Of a stretch of 64,000 nucleotides of DNA, positions 60,010 to 64,000 are shown piece after piece (position 1 is the stretch's first letter; each line of letters opens with the position of its first letter). The DNA is taken from the NCBI RefSeq assembly GCF_009914755.1, contig NC_060946.1; one strand, 5' to 3'. Made by a program: the position numbers and the translations under genes. The notes under the pieces are model-generated. The model saw nothing but the letters and a program-made list of their open reading frames with translations. It did no database searches and had not been told where the DNA came from. This stretch comes from the human T2T-CHM13v2.0 reference genome, Homo sapiens.

Positions 60010-60560
60010 TGCTGGAAATCTGATGATGCCACTCCACTTGCATAAAACCCTCGGTGGCTCCCCAATACCCTTGCAAAAGCCATAAATCCTCACTAGGGCT
60101 TCAAGATCCACCTTGGCCCTGCTTCCCTCAGCAGCCTCATCTCTCCCTGTGCTGGCACATGCTCACTTCATCCCCTGCAGGTCCTCAGTCTCACTCTGGG
60201 ACCTTTGCCTACCAACCCCTTCTCTCTGGAGCGTTCTGCCCCACTCCCCTGGATGACTCACCCCCCACTCATTCTCCTCATCTCCACCTAAATGTCACCT
60301 CCTCCAGGAAGACTTCCTTGATCTCCTGAGTGCTCGCAGCCCCCTCGGCTTTCCTGTCACTCCGATCTAATTATTATATCTTTAGTGTCTGTTCCGTACC
60401 CCCTGCCTGCCCCCACCTTAGTCTGTGAGCCCCATGAAGGGCAAAAACCAAGTCTGTTTATCACTGGATCCTTAGTGCCAAGAATGAATGGTGCCGGCAC
60501 ATAGCAGATACCCAACTGAAATTTATTGAATAAATGCATGAATAAAGAATGAATGAGGTA
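60010..60560 (+). mobile_element. L2 3' region
   Basis: 'aaatgtcacctcctccaggaagacttccttga...gccggcacatagcagatacc...tttattgaataaatgcatgaat'. Confidence 0.8.
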
Positions 60561-60997
60561 AGAAACCAGTGAAATTTTAGGTAGGAAGAGTAAATTGACA
60601 GAAATTGGCTGGTCGTGGTGCAGGATCAGGGCAAAAGGAATACTGATTCAGACAGAATGTCACCCCACTGTGCCTCAAGCCCCCAAAGTGCCCCCGATTT
60701 CATCCCACTTCCTCTGTCCTTTGCGTGGAGGTGGGGAGGGGACTCAGCCGGGGCCCTGAAGACATCCCTGCCTTACTCCTCCCTCCCTTTCCCCCAGCCT
60801 CCACCTGTGGACTGGAACTCCAGGTACCTTAGAGGCACTCCTCAGCCCTGCAGCTTGCCAGGGGCACTGATTTCTGGAGAAAATCTTAATGGAAATCTCT
60901 CCAGCTATTTTTCTCTCTATGAGGAATTAGCAACCACAAAGTGCTGTTTTGCAAATGGTGGCCCTAAGAAGCTGCTTTCTCAGGGCTTCGGTGATCA

Positions 60998-61086
60998 CCA
61001 GGAAGACCATCAGTTATTGAGCACCTGCTGTGTGCATTTTCCAGGAAGACCATCAGTTATTGAGCACCTGCTGTGTGCATTTTCCA
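60998..61086. repeat. Perfect 43-bp tandem duplication
   Basis: ccaggaagaccatcagttattgagcacctgctgtgtgcatttt twice, followed by cca. Confidence 0.95.
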
Positions 61087-61456
61087 TGAACAGTTTCTGT
61101 TCTTTACCACCATCTTGTGTGGTTGGAAATTTCATTCTCTCCACTTTAGGAATGGAGGGAATTGGAACTCAGAGAGAAGAGATTTGCTGAGGTCATTCAC
61201 TGGAGAAGGTTGGAAACCGTGTTCATGTCAAGGTCTGTCTCTGAAGTCCTTGAGTAACTTCAGGGTGGGCACCGGATCCAGCTGCTGTGGTTCAGGTGCG
61301 ATTCCTCCACATACATCTACATCATCTTGGGCAAAGGCTCCAGCTTGCTGTGCCTTAGCTTCCTTATCTGTACAGTGGGCACAATAATAGTAACCACTTC
61401 CCTGCATCATTGTGAAAAGTTAATAGTTGAGAAAATATTTAAAGTATTTGGCATGA

Positions 61457-62020
<564 letters not shown>

Positions 62021-62718
62021 TAAATGTTTGGCACAGCGCATTAGACACAGAGCTCAGTCAGGTTAGCAGTTTGCATTAAAGTAAACCAATTTTGTTAGGT
62101 GCCTACTAGATGCTGGGGCTATAGCAGGGGAACAGGGCAGAGCCCACCCTCATGGTCTTACCTTCTGGCATTGCCACGCCACATGATATAAGGTATTCTT
62201 CTCTGAGCCTTGAGCCATGTCTACATTCACCCATTCCACAAATGTTAGTTGAATGTCTCGTATGTGCCAGGCAGGCCAGGTAAGGAGTAATACGCTGCCT
62301 CTCCCTGCAGGTAGAAGACAGGTAGAGGCAGGGGTCTGAGATGAAATAGATGAGAGCTCCAAGGAAATGTGTGTTGGGATTACGATTTGGGAAGAAGAGC
62401 GTCAGAGAGAACCTTCAGGAGTCATTAGAGAGGGGAGGGTCATCCAGGAGCAGGACACAGAGCATACAAAGGCCTGGAGTCACATTAAACTTAGTGGCTA
62501 TTGGACTCCTTTTCTTTCCTAAACTCTGCAAATAGGTGTGATCAGGGACATGGCAACTTTAACCCTGACCGGCTTTATATTCACTACCTGTATCCTCTCA
62601 CTTAATCTGCACAACAGTCCTGTAGTTATTGTTGTAAACGTGTAGGGATAGAGTCTTGCTTCTCTTATTTTACAGAAGCAGAGAGGTGGAATGCTGTGTC
62701 CAAAGGCACCCAGTTATC

Positions 62719-63221
<503 letters not shown>

Positions 63222-63349
63222 TGAACCTCATTTAGCCTGTTTTTTTTTTTCCTTGAAAATAAAGGTGGTTGTAATTATGATCTGGATTTCTTGAGGGCCT
63301 ACGACGCACCAGGCTCTGTGCTAAGTGTTATACACAGAGTATCTTGAGC

Positions 63350-63825
63350 TTCCCACTAAAGGCAAGTCGCGGGGGGCCCACCTGCGCCCTCTGTGCCCGC
63401 CTGGTAGCCCGCAGTTCTGTAAACAGCCACGAGGTGTCGCCCTCGGCCCGTGGTACCCTGACAGCGGCGGGGGCGGCCGGGCGCGCGCGGCCCATTCATC
63501 ACCGCGCGGCCGCGGCGCCCAGACAATGTGGGGAGCGGCCCTGGCCCGCGCCCGCGCGGCTGTCTGTACAAAGGATGCGCTGTTAACACGTGTACGGTAA
63601 TGGGCTCCCTCACGGCCTCCTCCCCGGCCACCCTCTCCCAGCCTGACGGATGGCCCGAGCCATCCATCTACATTATGTCATGGGCGGTGAGCCTCCTCCT
63701 CCGTCCAGTCCGTCTGGCCGTCCAGGACCAGCCATGGCCTTGGCCGTGCGCCCTACTTGGGCAACCCCCATTCCCTTCCCCTCTGCGGAAGGAACCTCGT
63801 GCGGAGTGAGGCCTACTACGTGCTG
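63350..63825. promoter_or_regulatory. CpG island (promoter or enhancer candidate)
   Basis: About 40 CpGs by my count in 63361-63720; GC boxes (GGGGCGG); NotI site; CACGTG at 63587-63592; ACAATG at 63523 and ACAAAG at 63568. Confidence 0.85.
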
Positions 63826-64000
63826 GGCCCCAGCTGTGCTGTCTCCTTGATTTTCATGCAAGGTGATGTGGCTTATTAGCCCATCCTGCAGAGGAGGAAA
63901 CTGAGACTTGAAGCTGGGAAACCTTTATTCTAAGAACACACAGCTCTGGGGTTTGATAGAGTTGGAATTTTTTTTTCTTACAGCTTTGTTGAGACTAGAC

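Overview
This is mammalian (primate, almost certainly human) non-coding genomic DNA. It holds about 27 Alu copies (AluJ, S and Y types), L1 3' ends, old L2 and MIR relics, MaLR and ERVL solo LTRs, and hAT/Tigger MITEs. I found no credible protein-coding exon, tRNA, rRNA or CRISPR array; the ORF track is explained by repeats, low complexity or chance. The informative non-repeat signals are: a CpG island with Sox and E-box motifs near the right end (63.35-63.82 kb); several TE-free, homeobox/Sox-motif-rich segments that look like conserved enhancers (39.1-39.7 kb, 47.25-48.3 kb); a perfect 18-bp CpG-rich hairpin with template-switch hallmarks (48554-48617); a ~135-bp duplication of an L1 end plus unique flank 2.3 kb apart; a target site used twice by retrotransposons; a young CpG-bearing 11-bp VNTR; a perfect 43-bp tandem duplication; and a 1.2-kb (CCATC)n/(CATTC)n tract with higher-order structure. 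Repeat subfamily names come from my recollection of consensus sequences and need RepeatMasker/Dfam confirmation. Boundaries without a stated TSD are approximate. I cannot place the locus on a chromosome from sequence alone, and I see no clear evidence of a new multi-gene system.
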